Assembly: GCF_000981785.2 (NCBI RefSeq)
Contig: NZ_CP011304.1
Coordinates: 2,340,001-2,372,000 of the forward strand
DNA: 32,000 bases
Source: Microcystis aeruginosa NIES-2549
GTDB lineage: Bacteria; Cyanobacteriota; Cyanobacteriia; Cyanobacteriales; Microcystaceae
Reading direction: 5' to 3'
Positions within the stretch are counted from its first letter, which is position 1. Each line of letters starts with the position of its first letter. A program made the translations under genes and the position numbers. The notes beneath the pieces are model-generated. The model did not search any database, was not told the DNA's origin, and saw only the letters and a list, made by a program, of their open reading frames with translations. Positions 1 to 8,527 of the stretch are shown piece after piece.

Positions 1-1153
1 TAGAGACAATGCTGTAGGTTTGGACTACCTGATGGGTTTTTGCTTGGGTTGCGGGTAGTGGCACAAAAAAGCGGTAGGACCAACTACTGCGATTTAAATC
101 CTCTAATTCTTGATCTCGCGAGATTTGCCACCCTTGACCAGTATAGCGATCAAAGGCCATGGCCCGCCAGAATCCGGGGGCTTGGGAACGTACCCGCATG
201 ACTGTCTGGGGAGTCATACTTCCCCGCAAATTTTGGTTAATTTGAGGGTTAAAACCGTAATAAAAGGTAGAATCTAACTGTCCTGACCCTGTAGTGGGAC
301 TATTACCGCCATTTACGCCACCCTTCCCCGTTTCACCCTCGCGCACATAGCCGGGGTTAACGATTTGTCTGTCTCCCTGTTCAAAATCCTGATTTTCCAT
401 ACCTTCGGGACTATTGACGGGAAAAGATTGAATTTGATAACCCGGAAAACGCGGCATCAGAGCAAAAATTGTCAATCCCAAGAGGAGAATTGTCAGAAAG
501 AAAATCCCAAAACGTTTGGGAGAAAGGGAAGAATTTTGCGGGGAAACTAATTTTTTTGTGGCTAGACGCGGGGATTTCTTTGAGAAGAAAGGGAGACTCT
601 GATTGAGATTATCTAAACCTAAACGAGAACGGTAGTCTAAAACTAGGGTAGGTAGGGATAAAAACAGAAAGAGGATTAACCAAGGCGCAAAAGCGAGGGT
701 TTCGGAGATTGTCCCGGCGACTCCCAAGAGAATTAAACCGATTACCATAGAATACCCTAAATCTTTGCGTCGGGGCAGGTCAAAACTATGGAGAATTTGT
801 AATTGAATTAATAATTGTGTTAGGGCAATGCGACTATCCTGCATCGCAACGATATTACCCAAGAATAGCGCCAACACTACCAACATTCCGATCGCTATAC
901 AAAATTTTGCCCCGATATTGCGCTTTTTCCTGCGTCGCCAACTCCAGATTCCGCCGATAATACTGAGAGGAACGGCCCAAATACTGGTATAACTATCGGT
1001 AGCCACATCGGTGGCGATAATACCGACGATTACTAAAGCTTGCACCAGAATTCTTAAAATAATCGATTCCTCGGTTTCTGGTAGGGGAAAAGATTCTATC
1101 TTTTGCCAGAGGGTTTTTAAGGAAGGTTTTGGACGAGCGGCACTGCTAACCAT
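1..1153 (-). CDS. Transglutaminase-like (TgpA/DUF3488-type) integral membrane protein, N-terminal ~384 codons; 3' end lies beyond the window start
   Basis: Absent from the ORF track because it has no stop inside the window. My translation of the minus strand from the ATG (complement of 1151-1153) reads MVSSAARPKPSLKTLWQKIESFPLPETEESIILRILVQALVIVGIIATDV...LQILHSFDLPRRKDLGYSMVIGLILLGVAG...RVRSQAPGFWRAMAFDRYTGQGWQIS. It stays open to base 1. Several hydrophobic helices are followed by the FWR..AFDRYTG.GW stretch I associate with cyanobacterial TgpA-like proteins. Confidence 0.55.
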   Translation of the reverse strand, partial: MVSSAARPKPSLKTLWQKIESFPLPETEESIILRILVQALVIVGIIATDVATDSYTSIWAVPLSIIGGIWSWRRRKKRNIGAKFCIAIGMLVVLALFLGNIVAMQDSRIALTQLLIQLQILHSFDLPRRKDLGYSMVIGLILLGVAGTISETLAFAPWLILFLFLSLPTLVLDYRSRLGLDNLNQSLPFFSKKSPRLATKKLVSPQNSSLSPKRFGIFFLTILLLGLTIFALMPRFPGYQIQSFPVNSPEGMENQDFEQGDRQIVNPGYVREGETGKGGVNGGNSPTTGSGQLDSTFYYGFNPQINQNLRGSMTPQTVMRVRSQAPGFWRAMAFDRYTGQGWQISRDQELEDLNRSSWSYRFFVPLPATQAKTHQVVQTYSIVS

Positions 1154-1279
1154 AGGCTAAATTGGGAGAAGGATCAAAAAGTTAATTTTATGTTTCCCAG
1201 TTCTAATCTCGATCGCTCCATGAGGTAAAGTGGATTTTAGATGTCAGGAGTCAGGAGACGGGAGATAGGGAGCAAAAAG

Positions 1280-1325
1280 CTGATAACTGATTACTGATTA
1301 CTGATAACTGATAACTGATTACTGA
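1280..1325. repeat. Heptamer tandem array (CTGATWA)x~6.5, directly abutting the pcyA start codon
   Basis: Direct reading: ctgataactgattactgattactgataactgataactgattactga. Confidence 0.9.
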
Positions 1326-1328
1326 CCC

Positions 1329-2066
1329 ATGATAGCCGTTACCAACCCTGAAATTTTACCGTTACTTCATCCCCTGATTGGACAATTAGCCACAGCAATT
1401 TTGTCCCAGTGGGAAAATTATCTTGATTTGTCGCCCTTTGAGTTGCCGGAAGGTTTAGGCTATGTGGAGGGACGTTTAGAAGGGGAAAAATTAATTATCG
1501 AGAATCGCTGCTATCAAACCCCCCAGTTCCGCAAAATGCACCTAGAACTGGCTAAACTGGGCAATGGTTTGGATATCCTTCACTGTGTCATGTTCCCCCG
1601 TCCAGAATATCCGCTGCCGATGTTTGGATGTGATATAGTCTCCGGCAAAGCGGGAATCAGTGCCGCTATTGTGGATCTTTCTCCCACCAGTGGCGATAAA
1701 ACTCTCTCTAGTGCCTATAATGAGGCTTTAGCGGCTTTACCTGGGGCCGATTTCGCCCAAGCTCGTGATTTGCCTCCTTGGGGTCATATTTTCTCCGAAT
1801 ATTGTCTGTTTATTCGTCCCGAAACCGCCGCCGAGGAACGACAATTTTTACAAAGAGTTACAGATTTCTTGACAATTCACTGCAAATGTGCTAAGGAAAG
1901 TCAGCCTCTTTCCGGGGAAGAAGCGCGCATTTATTTACAGGGACAACGGGATTATTGTAGTCAACAGCAGAAAAACGATAAAACTCGGCGTGTACTAGAA
2001 AAAGCCTTCGGTTGGGAATGGGCAGAGCGTTATATGACGGGCGTTCTCTTTGATTTGCCCGATTAA
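1329..2066 (+). CDS. pcyA: Phycocyanobilin:ferredoxin oxidoreductase
   Basis: 245-aa ORF. The stretch [47 protein letters not shown] and the overall length match the PcyA/ferredoxin-dependent bilin reductase family as I recall it. Confidence 0.88.
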   Translation: MIAVTNPEILPLLHPLIGQLATAILSQWENYLDLSPFELPEGLGYVEGRLEGEKLIIENRCYQTPQFRKMHLELAKLGNGLDILHCVMFPRPEYPLPMFGCDIVSGKAGISAAIVDLSPTSGDKTLSSAYNEALAALPGADFAQARDLPPWGHIFSEYCLFIRPETAAEERQFLQRVTDFLTIHCKCAKESQPLSGEEARIYLQGQRDYCSQQQKNDKTRRVLEKAFGWEWAERYMTGVLFDLPD

Positions 2067-2094
2067 ACTGAACTACCCCTTTCCCCTTTGCTAC

Positions 2095-2265
2095 TAGGGT
2101 TGATTCATCGTAGGGTTGATTCATCGTAGGGTTGATTCATCGTAGGGTTGATTCATCGTAGGGTTGATTCATCGTAGGGTTGATTCATCGTAGGGTTGAT
2201 TCATCGTAGGGTTGATTCATCGTAGGGTTGATTCATCGTAGGGTTGATTCATGAATCAACCCTAC
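2095..2265. repeat. About 9 tandem copies of the 16-mer TAGGGTTGATTCATCG, ending in the 28-nt perfect palindrome GTAGGGTTGATTCATGAATCAACCCTAC (2238-2265)
   Basis: Direct reading with period 16 from 2095 to 2238. The last unit runs into the palindrome. The same palindrome recurs at 29920-29947. Confidence 0.95.
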
Positions 2266-2475
2266 CATTAGTATGGGGGGGAGCCGACAATTTTTAACAC
2301 CTACCTGCTTATTTAGAGATTTTCTGCAACTTCATCGCTATTTTTCCCATTTTTGAACTCTCAAAAATTAATTAGGGCAGAAGTCTCTTGAAACTTAACA
2401 ATATTAACAGACAAGGACGGGAAAATAATTGCTAGATTGGGTTAGGTACAGTCAAATGTAACCGCGAGAACAAGC

Positions 2476-2506
2476 GAAAAAAGCCGGTTTTACCCAGGAA
2501 AACCGC
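2476..2506 (-). terminator. Intrinsic-terminator-like hairpin oriented on the minus strand, in the ndhD upstream region
   Basis: Stem CGGTTTT(2485-2491)/AAAACCG(2499-2505) with a 7-nt loop. On the minus strand it is followed by a T6 run (complement of the A-run at 2477-2482). No minus-strand gene lies upstream of it. Confidence 0.3.
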
Positions 2507-2564
2507 TTAAAAGCCCTAGCTTAATTTCTCGATTCTGACGATTAAATAAATATTAAAACAGCCG

Positions 2565-4148
2565 ATGAATCTAACGAACTTTCCTTGGTTAACTGCCATC
2601 ATCCTTTTTCCCATCGTCGCCGCTTTATTGGTTCCCATAATTCCCGATAAAGACGGTAAAACCGTGAGATGGTTTGCTCTGACGGTGGGATTAATCGACT
2701 TTGCCCTAATTATCTACGCTTTCTACACCAGTTACGATTTCGCTAATCCCAATCTGCAATTAGTGGAAAGTTACCAATGGTTGCCCGAAATTGACCTAAG
2801 ATGGTCCTTAGGAGCCGATGGCCTCTCCATGCCTCTGATTATCTTAACGGGATTTATCACCACTCTGGCTATCTTAGCGGCTTGGCCGGTCACTTTTAAA
2901 CCGAAACTATTCTACTTCCTGATGCTGTTGATGTACGGGGGACAGATTGCGGTGTTTGCCGTACAGGATCTGTTACTGTTCTTCCTCGTCTGGGAATTAG
3001 AATTGGTCCCCGTCTATCTGATCCTCTCTATTTGGGGCGGTAAACGCCGTCTCTACGCAGCCACCAAATTTATCCTTTACACCGCCGGAGGCTCCCTATT
3101 CATCCTTGTAGCGGCGCTGACGATGGCTTTTTATGGCGATACCGTCTCCTTTGACATGGTGACTATTGCTGGTAAAGACTTCCCCCTGAAACTGCAATTA
3201 TTTCTCTACGCCGGTTTTCTGATTGCCTACGGGGTAAAACTGCCCATCTTCCCCCTCCATACTTGGCTACCGGATGCCCACGGCGAAGCCACTGCCCCCG
3301 CCCATATGTTACTAGCGGGAATTTTGCTTAAAATGGGTGGTTATGCGCTCTTACGGATGAATATGGGGATGTTACCCGATGCTCACGCCGTTTTCGCCCC
3401 CGTTTTGGTGATTTTAGGGGTAGTTAATATTATCTACGCTGCCTTAACTTCCTTTGCCCAACGCAATCTTAAGCGCAAAATTGCCTATTCTTCCATCTCT
3501 CACATGGGATTTGTCCTGATTGGTATGGCTTCCTTTACCGATATTGGTACAAGTGGGGCGATGTTACAGATGATTTCCCACGGACTGATTGGGGCGAGTT
3601 TATTCTTTATGGTCGGTTGTACCTATGATCGCACCCATACCCTGATGTTAGACGAGATGGGCGGTGTCGGCAAGAAAATGAAGAAAGTTTTTGCCATGTG
3701 GACCACCTGTTCCCTCGCTTCCCTCGCTTTGCCCGGGATGAGCGGTTTTGTGGCGGAATTAATGGTATTTATCGGTTTTGCCACCAGTGATGCCTATAGT
3801 CCCACTTTCCGCGTCATCATCGTCTTTTTAGCGGCTATCGGTGTCATTCTCACCCCGATTTATCTGTTGTCCATGTTGCGAGAAATTCTCTACGGGCCGG
3901 AAAATAAGGAATTAGAAGAACACCATGTCCTAGTGGATGCGGAACCCCGGGAAGTCTTTATCATCGCTTCTCTATTAGTGCCAATTATCGGCATTGGACT
4001 CTATCCCAAAGTGGCCACGACGATTTACGATGCTACTACCAATAAATTAACCGCCCTAGCGCGTAATTCTGTCCCCAGTTTGGTACAACAGGCAAAGGCA
4101 AAAACCCCTAGTTTCTCCCTTTATTCCCTAAAAGCTCCCGAAATCTAA
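2565..4148 (+). CDS. ndhD: NAD(P)H-quinone oxidoreductase (NDH-1) subunit 4
   Basis: 527-aa polytopic membrane ORF. It carries the NuoM/NdhD hallmark [31 protein letters not shown] and an N-terminus typical of cyanobacterial NdhD. Confidence 0.9.
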   Translation: MNLTNFPWLTAIILFPIVAALLVPIIPDKDGKTVRWFALTVGLIDFALIIYAFYTSYDFANPNLQLVESYQWLPEIDLRWSLGADGLSMPLIILTGFITTLAILAAWPVTFKPKLFYFLMLLMYGGQIAVFAVQDLLLFFLVWELELVPVYLILSIWGGKRRLYAATKFILYTAGGSLFILVAALTMAFYGDTVSFDMVTIAGKDFPLKLQLFLYAGFLIAYGVKLPIFPLHTWLPDAHGEATAPAHMLLAGILLKMGGYALLRMNMGMLPDAHAVFAPVLVILGVVNIIYAALTSFAQRNLKRKIAYSSISHMGFVLIGMASFTDIGTSGAMLQMISHGLIGASLFFMVGCTYDRTHTLMLDEMGGVGKKMKKVFAMWTTCSLASLALPGMSGFVAELMVFIGFATSDAYSPTFRVIIVFLAAIGVILTPIYLLSMLREILYGPENKELEEHHVLVDAEPREVFIIASLLVPIIGIGLYPKVATTIYDATTNKLTALARNSVPSLVQQAKAKTPSFSLYSLKAPEI

Positions 4149-4150
4149 GG

Positions 4151-4187
4151 AGTTACCAGTTATCAGTTATCAGTTATCAGTTATCAG
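4151..4187. repeat. Heptamer tandem array (GTTATCA)x~5, the reverse complement of the CTGATAA family, immediately after the ndhD stop
   Basis: Direct reading: agttaccagttatcagttatcagttatcagttatcag. Confidence 0.9.
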
Positions 4188-4209
4188 ATTTGAGTTTTAA
4201 GTGAGCAGT

Positions 4210-4567
4210 ATTAAATCCCACTTTCCGCACTTCTTAACATTCAATTGATAATTTTTACTAATATTAAATCCGGTTATTAAAGAATGATTATTTATTCTCC
4301 CTTTTGCCTTTTGCCTCTCCTCATAACTAGCCTGTACTCAACGAATTTAGTATAATATATTGCTGACAACCCTTTGACAGTAAGGATGATAGTTACAATC
4401 ATGGATTTTTATCAAGGTGAAGAATTGTAAATTTCTTTCTCAGAAAAAATCAATTATTGAAAATATTCTCAATAGTAGTTTCTACAATGAAGGTTTTTTG
4501 TCAAAACATCTTGGGGAATGTAAAAACATATAAAAGTATATGAAGATGTGCGGAATGTCGGTTAAAT
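4210..4567. mobile_element. Candidate non-autonomous element (MITE-like), AT-rich, with imperfect terminal inverted repeats
   Basis: Left end ATTAAATCCCACTTTCCGCACTTCTTAACAT versus the reverse complement of the right end, ATTTAACCGACATTCCGCACATCTTCATAT. They share an 8-nt core, TTCCGCAC, and match at roughly 21 of 30 positions by eye. AGT flanks both ends (4207-4209 and 4568-4570). There is no long ORF inside. Confidence 0.3.
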
Positions 4568-4577
4568 AGTAGTTTCC

Positions 4578-4622
4578 CACTGTCTTTTCACTGTTTACTG
4601 ATTACTTTTCACTGATAACTGA
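4578..4622. repeat. Degenerate CTGATAA/CTGTTTA-type heptamer array, inverted relative to 4151-4187
   Basis: Direct reading: cactgtcttttcactgtttactgattacttttcactgataactga. Confidence 0.6.
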
Positions 4623-4634
4623 AAAATCCCCACC

Positions 4635-5399
4635 CTACCCAATCACCTCGTGTAAATCCGTCGGTGCGAGATGGGGATAAACCGCTTCACCATCTTTAAA
4701 CCAGATAATGCGCTGGCAGTGACGCGCCACATCGGCCTCGTGAGTTACCATGACGATAGTAATGCCACTGTTATTCAATTCCGAGAAAATAGCCATCACC
4801 TCTTGGGTAGTTTTTGAGTCCAGCGCCCCTGTCGGTTCATCGGCAAGTAATAATATGGGTTGATTGACAATTGCCCTAGCAATAGCGACGCGCTGCTGTT
4901 GTCCCCCCGATAATTGATTCGGTTTATTGTGCAGTCGATTATCTAATTTTACCCTCGTTAAAGCAGCGATCGCTCTTTCCTTTCTTTCCTGGGGAGAAAC
5001 CCCACCATAAATCATCGGTAACATGACATTTTCTAGCGCACTCATCTGGGGTAAAAGATGGAATTGCTGGAAAACAAAGCCGATTTTACGATTGCGAATC
5101 TGAGCTAAATCCCCATCTGGCAGCGTGGAAACGTCGAGATTTTCTAGATAATAAGCTCCCGAGGTGGGACGATCAAGACAGCCGATAATATTCATGGCTG
5201 TGGATTTTCCCGAACCCGAAGCCCCCATAATAGCGCAATATTCCCCTTTTTTCAGGCTTAAATTGATGTTATTAAGGGCTTTAACCATGGTTTCGCCACT
5301 GCCGTAGATTTTAGACACATTTTCGAGGCGAATAATTACTGGCTGATAGACTTCGGCTTTATCGTTGCGTTGGCTGAGAGAGGAAGTATCAAAACTCAT
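4635..5399 (-). CDS. ABC transporter ATP-binding protein (MacB/LolD/DevA-like ATPase)
   Basis: Walker A GASGSGKST, signature LSGGQQQRVAIARA and Walker B ILLLADEPTGALD. I prefer the internal start MSFDTSS (ATG = complement of 5397-5399). The track's longer ORF (to 5465) would overlap the upstream gene and adds a hydrophobic, repeat-like extension. Confidence 0.85.
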   Translation of the reverse strand: MSFDTSSLSQRNDKAEVYQPVIIRLENVSKIYGSGETMVKALNNINLSLKKGEYCAIMGASGSGKSTAMNIIGCLDRPTSGAYYLENLDVSTLPDGDLAQIRNRKIGFVFQQFHLLPQMSALENVMLPMIYGGVSPQERKERAIAALTRVKLDNRLHNKPNQLSGGQQQRVAIARAIVNQPILLLADEPTGALDSKTTQEVMAIFSELNNSGITIVMVTHEADVARHCQRIIWFKDGEAVYPHLAPTDLHEVIG

Positions 5400-5457
5400 G
5401 AAATAAATAAAGATAAAACCAATAAATGCAGCTATTCTAACCTGAGCAATTTTCCAT

Positions 5458-6270
5458 TCAAGCAACGTCCTTGAGAAAACCGACCAGAGGCAAGAAAACC
5501 GGCGCTAAATTCGATCGAGCTACGGCTAAACAGGGATAGGAGCGATCACTATAATTTTCCCCCGGCTGCAAGGGAAAAATCTTTTCTCCTAAAGAGATAA
5601 ATACCCCGCCGGCGGCCTGTAGAATTGCCCAAACCGCGGCAATATCCCAGACTTTTGGGGTTGCTTCCACTCCTCCCAAAACCGTGCCATCGGCAACCAA
5701 AAGCAGATTATAACTAGCCACTCCTATCATCCGCACTTTGCAGGGAAAGGGATTTTTCAATATATCTGTACTACGAGCGCAGAGATTAAACAGATGATTT
5801 TTGCTAGGAAAATCTTCGCTGGTGTGAATCGGTTGACCGTCGCGGTAGGCCCCTAGCGGACCGGTTAAACCCGTCTCACCGTACCAATAACCATAATAGG
5901 CCTGTTTTAGGCAGGGGAGATAAACAAATCCGAACACAGGAGTGCCCCGGTAGAGAAGTCCTAGGGAAATGCCCCAGATGGGAATACCGCGAGTAAAATT
6001 AGTCGTGCCGTCGATCGGATCCACTACCCAACACCATTCTTGATCCGGGAAAATATGGGTAGTTTCCTCGGTTAAGACTCCATGATCCCGGAAAGTGCCA
6101 GCAATTAGCGATCGCAATTCCCCATCAGACCAACGGTCGGCAGCCGTCACTAAAGTCCCATCTGCTTTATTGGTGGCCTGTAATTTGCCAAAATCAGCCA
6201 GTAAGCGATCGCCAACCTGGCCAGTAGCCTGATAACAAAAGTCTAAAACCTGACTCCAAAAAGTTTCCAT
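5458..6270 (-). CDS. Inositol monophosphatase family protein (SuhB/CysQ-like)
   Basis: 270-aa ORF with IMPase motifs WVVDPIDGTTNF and VWDIAAVWAILQAAGG. Confidence 0.8.
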   Translation of the reverse strand: METFWSQVLDFCYQATGQVGDRLLADFGKLQATNKADGTLVTAADRWSDGELRSLIAGTFRDHGVLTEETTHIFPDQEWCWVVDPIDGTTNFTRGIPIWGISLGLLYRGTPVFGFVYLPCLKQAYYGYWYGETGLTGPLGAYRDGQPIHTSEDFPSKNHLFNLCARSTDILKNPFPCKVRMIGVASYNLLLVADGTVLGGVEATPKVWDIAAVWAILQAAGGVFISLGEKIFPLQPGENYSDRSYPCLAVARSNLAPVFLPLVGFLKDVA

Positions 6271-6331
6271 AATTTTCTCGTTCGTCTTCTAGTAGAATAT
6301 CAAATCATTGTCTAAACTTAGGTAGTCGAGA

Positions 6332-6850
6332 TTGAGCGCGGAACCCCACAAGGAGATCAGACTAGCTACCCGTCTAGAAGCGATACTTTACCTAAAAGGG
6401 CAGCCTGTCCCCTTAACCGAGATGGTGACATTAACCAATAGCGATCGCTTGACGGTGGAAGATGCCATGATCGAGTTAATGTCCGATTATGCACACCGGG
6501 ATAGTGCCTTGGAAGTGGTGGAAACCCCCCTCGGTTATAGTTTACAATTGCGGTCAGCTTATCAGAATTTGATCGAAGACCTGATCCCGGCCGAATTAGG
6601 CACGGGAACCCTCCGCACTTTAGCAGCGATCGCGCTCAAAGGACCGATTTTGCAAGCGGATTTAATTAATTTACGCGGCAGTACGGCCTATCAACAGGTT
6701 CAGGACTTGGTAGAACGAGGATTTGTGAGAAAACGCAAGCAAAATGAGGGTAGATCGTACTGGTTAGAAGTAACCGATAAATTTCATCAATATTTCGAGG
6801 TTGACAATCTTAGAGAACAGGGTATTCTTGAATCTACCGATCAGGAATAG
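6332..6850 (+). CDS. scpB: Segregation and condensation protein B
   Basis: 172-aa ORF with a TTG start. LEAILYLKGQPVPLTEM and LRTLAAIALKGPILQADLINLRG resemble the two winged-helix segments of ScpB. Confidence 0.75.
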   Translation: MSAEPHKEIRLATRLEAILYLKGQPVPLTEMVTLTNSDRLTVEDAMIELMSDYAHRDSALEVVETPLGYSLQLRSAYQNLIEDLIPAELGTGTLRTLAAIALKGPILQADLINLRGSTAYQQVQDLVERGFVRKRKQNEGRSYWLEVTDKFHQYFEVDNLREQGILESTDQE

Positions 6851-6985
6851 GGAGATAGAGGGTATATTATGGGTAAATATTTCTGATCACTGAGCTAAAC
6901 TTGAAGAAGATGGGGGGACTTCGGGCAATCAAGAAGAGCGATTTGTTAACCTAAATCTAATAACCACTACAGCGTGGGAGTTCTG

Positions 6986-7336
6986 ATGACTTTTAATCCT
7001 GATTTTTTTCCCTGGGAAACCGAAGAACAAAATGATAACTGTCTGATGCAGTATCTCCAGCAGCAGCATCCTGAAACCCTTGAGAGAATAGCCCAATCGG
7101 TCAGTAGCGAAATTAAAGATATTATCTCGCAAAACGTCAAGGGATTGGTAGGAATGTTGCCCTCGGAGAATTTTGCGGTACAAATTACCACCGACCGCGA
7201 GAATTTGGCGAATCTTCTCGCTTCAGCGATGATGACAGGTTATTTCCTCGGTCAAGTGGAGAAGCGCCATCATTTAGAATCAATTTTGTTAGCTACAGAA
7301 TCAATTAAATTGGGCAAAAAACCCAAAATAGATTAA
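6986..7336 (+). CDS. DUF760-family protein (conserved in cyanobacteria and plastid lineages)
   Basis: ORF 6974-7336 in the track (GTG start). An ATG at 6986 (MTFNPDFF...) is more likely. LMQYLQQQHPETLERIAQSVSSEIKDIISQNVKGLVGMLPSE...LASAMMTGYFL matches my memory of DUF760 proteins. Confidence 0.65.
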   Translation: MTFNPDFFPWETEEQNDNCLMQYLQQQHPETLERIAQSVSSEIKDIISQNVKGLVGMLPSENFAVQITTDRENLANLLASAMMTGYFLGQVEKRHHLESILLATESIKLGKKPKID

Positions 7337-7347
7337 TCTTCACCCAA

Positions 7348-7384
7348 GATAGAGACACTTTCATCGGTGTCTCTATCGGTTTTT
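7348..7384 (+). terminator. Rho-independent terminator after the DUF760 gene
   Basis: 11-bp perfect stem GATAGAGACAC(7348-7358)/GTGTCTCTATC(7367-7377), 8-nt loop, then GGTTTTT. Confidence 0.65.
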
Positions 7385-7478
7385 AACCCCCTTTGGCAAA
7401 ACTCACCATCACCAAAATCGAGAGCAGGATACCGGGGACAAGTAAACCCGCTAATAATCCAAATTCAGTCAGCGTCAT
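7383..7478 (-). CDS. Possible 31-aa single-helix membrane peptide (not in the ORF track, below its size cut-off)
   Basis: My translation: ATG (complement of 7476-7478) ... MTLTEFGLLAGLLVPGILLSILVMVSFAKGG, stop TAA (complement of 7383-7385). It has one clear hydrophobic helix. There is no obvious Shine-Dalgarno sequence, and I do not recognise a family. Confidence 0.3.
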   Translation of the reverse strand: MTLTEFGLLAGLLVPGILLSILVMVSFAKGG

Positions 7479-7638
7479 AGGAGAATATGCCCACAATTCC
7501 ATCACTTTTTACTCTAACCCCCTCTTCTGGCTACCTCAACAAAGCTTAAGGAAAATTTAAAGCCTTTTATCGGTTTTTCTCCTATCAGTTGTCCAACTAC
7601 ACAAACCAAAGAGAGTCTTTTTGATGTGGGTAAGCGGT

Positions 7639-8502
7639 TTATAATTCTTTGTTCAGCGCCTCGTATAAAGCTGAATAATCCTCCTCTGCTAATCCCATTG
7701 CTAAAGCTTTTTCCAGAAGACGCTCTACTCCTGTTAGGGGAAAAGTGGTTAAATCTAACTTCTCCGATTCCTCTAAAAAGAGATTAACATCTTTGAGTAA
7801 ATGTTTAGTGGGAAAGTTAGGGTTAGCATAATTTTTCTCTAACATTCTGGTTAATTTTTTGTCAAAAGTAGGCGCATATAAGGCACTTTGACGCAGGATA
7901 GTCATGAACTTTTCTAAATCTACTCCTTGCTGGGATAAAAAAGCTAAACTCAAGGCAAAAGCACTGGTTAGAGTGGCAATTAATTGATTTAAAGCTAATT
8001 TTAACGCCGCAGCGGTTCCCACTTCCCCGATTAACATCGGTTCTTGACCAAAATATGCTAATAAATTTGACCATTGATGGAACTGTTTCTCCGTTGCTCC
8101 CACCATAACTAAGAGAGTCCCCTTTTTAGCTTCGGGAATACTTCCTAACACGGGTGCTTCTAGATATTCTCCCCCTTTAGCCACAATTTGATCTCGCAGT
8201 TGTTTACTTTCAGAAGGAGCAATAGTTCCCATCTGGATAATAGTCCGATTATTGAAGTTAGATTGCTCGGAATTTAATCCTAAAACCTCTTGGATAGCGG
8301 CTGCATTAGTTAACATTAAAATCAGACAATCTGCCTCTTGAATTACTTGTTCAGGAGAGCTAACTGTTTTGGCTCCCAACTGCTGTAAAGGTGTCAATTT
8401 TTCTAAGGTGCGATTATAGGCAATAACAGGAATTTTCTGATTTAATAATCTTTCTACCATTGGCGTTCCCATTAATCCCGTTCCCAAAATTCCAACTTTC
8501 AT
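7639..8502 (-). CDS. NAD(P)-dependent oxidoreductase, 3-hydroxyisobutyrate/6-phosphogluconate dehydrogenase-like
   Basis: 287-aa ORF. The N-terminal Rossmann motif is MKVGILGTGLMGTPM, and length and layout fit the HIBADH family. Confidence 0.8.
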   Translation of the reverse strand: MKVGILGTGLMGTPMVERLLNQKIPVIAYNRTLEKLTPLQQLGAKTVSSPEQVIQEADCLILMLTNAAAIQEVLGLNSEQSNFNNRTIIQMGTIAPSESKQLRDQIVAKGGEYLEAPVLGSIPEAKKGTLLVMVGATEKQFHQWSNLLAYFGQEPMLIGEVGTAAALKLALNQLIATLTSAFALSLAFLSQQGVDLEKFMTILRQSALYAPTFDKKLTRMLEKNYANPNFPTKHLLKDVNLFLEESEKLDLTTFPLTGVERLLEKALAMGLAEEDYSALYEALNKEL

Positions 8503-8527
8503 AACTTAATTTTCCCTGATTTAGTGA

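Noticed and set aside
365-550. 61-aa + strand ORF from the track
   Set aside because: It lies entirely antisense within the long open minus-strand frame of the TgpA-like membrane protein (1-1153) and has no recognisable features.
1891-2124. 77-aa minus-strand ORF starting MNQPYDES
   Set aside because: It starts inside the tandem 16-mer array and runs antisense through the 3' end of pcyA, so it is an artefact of the repeat. The + strand ORFs at 29926-30241, which start in the second palindrome copy and run antisense to gloB, are rejected for the same reason.
2095-2238. Tandem 16-mer array considered as a possible CRISPR array
   Set aside because: The units are contiguous with no spacers, the period is only 16 nt, and no cas genes are nearby. 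It is a simple tandem repeat.
6929-7191. Two overlapping minus-strand ORFs (84 and 74 aa)
   Set aside because: They are antisense to the well-supported DUF760 gene. They have low-complexity, Cys/Ser-rich composition and no motifs.
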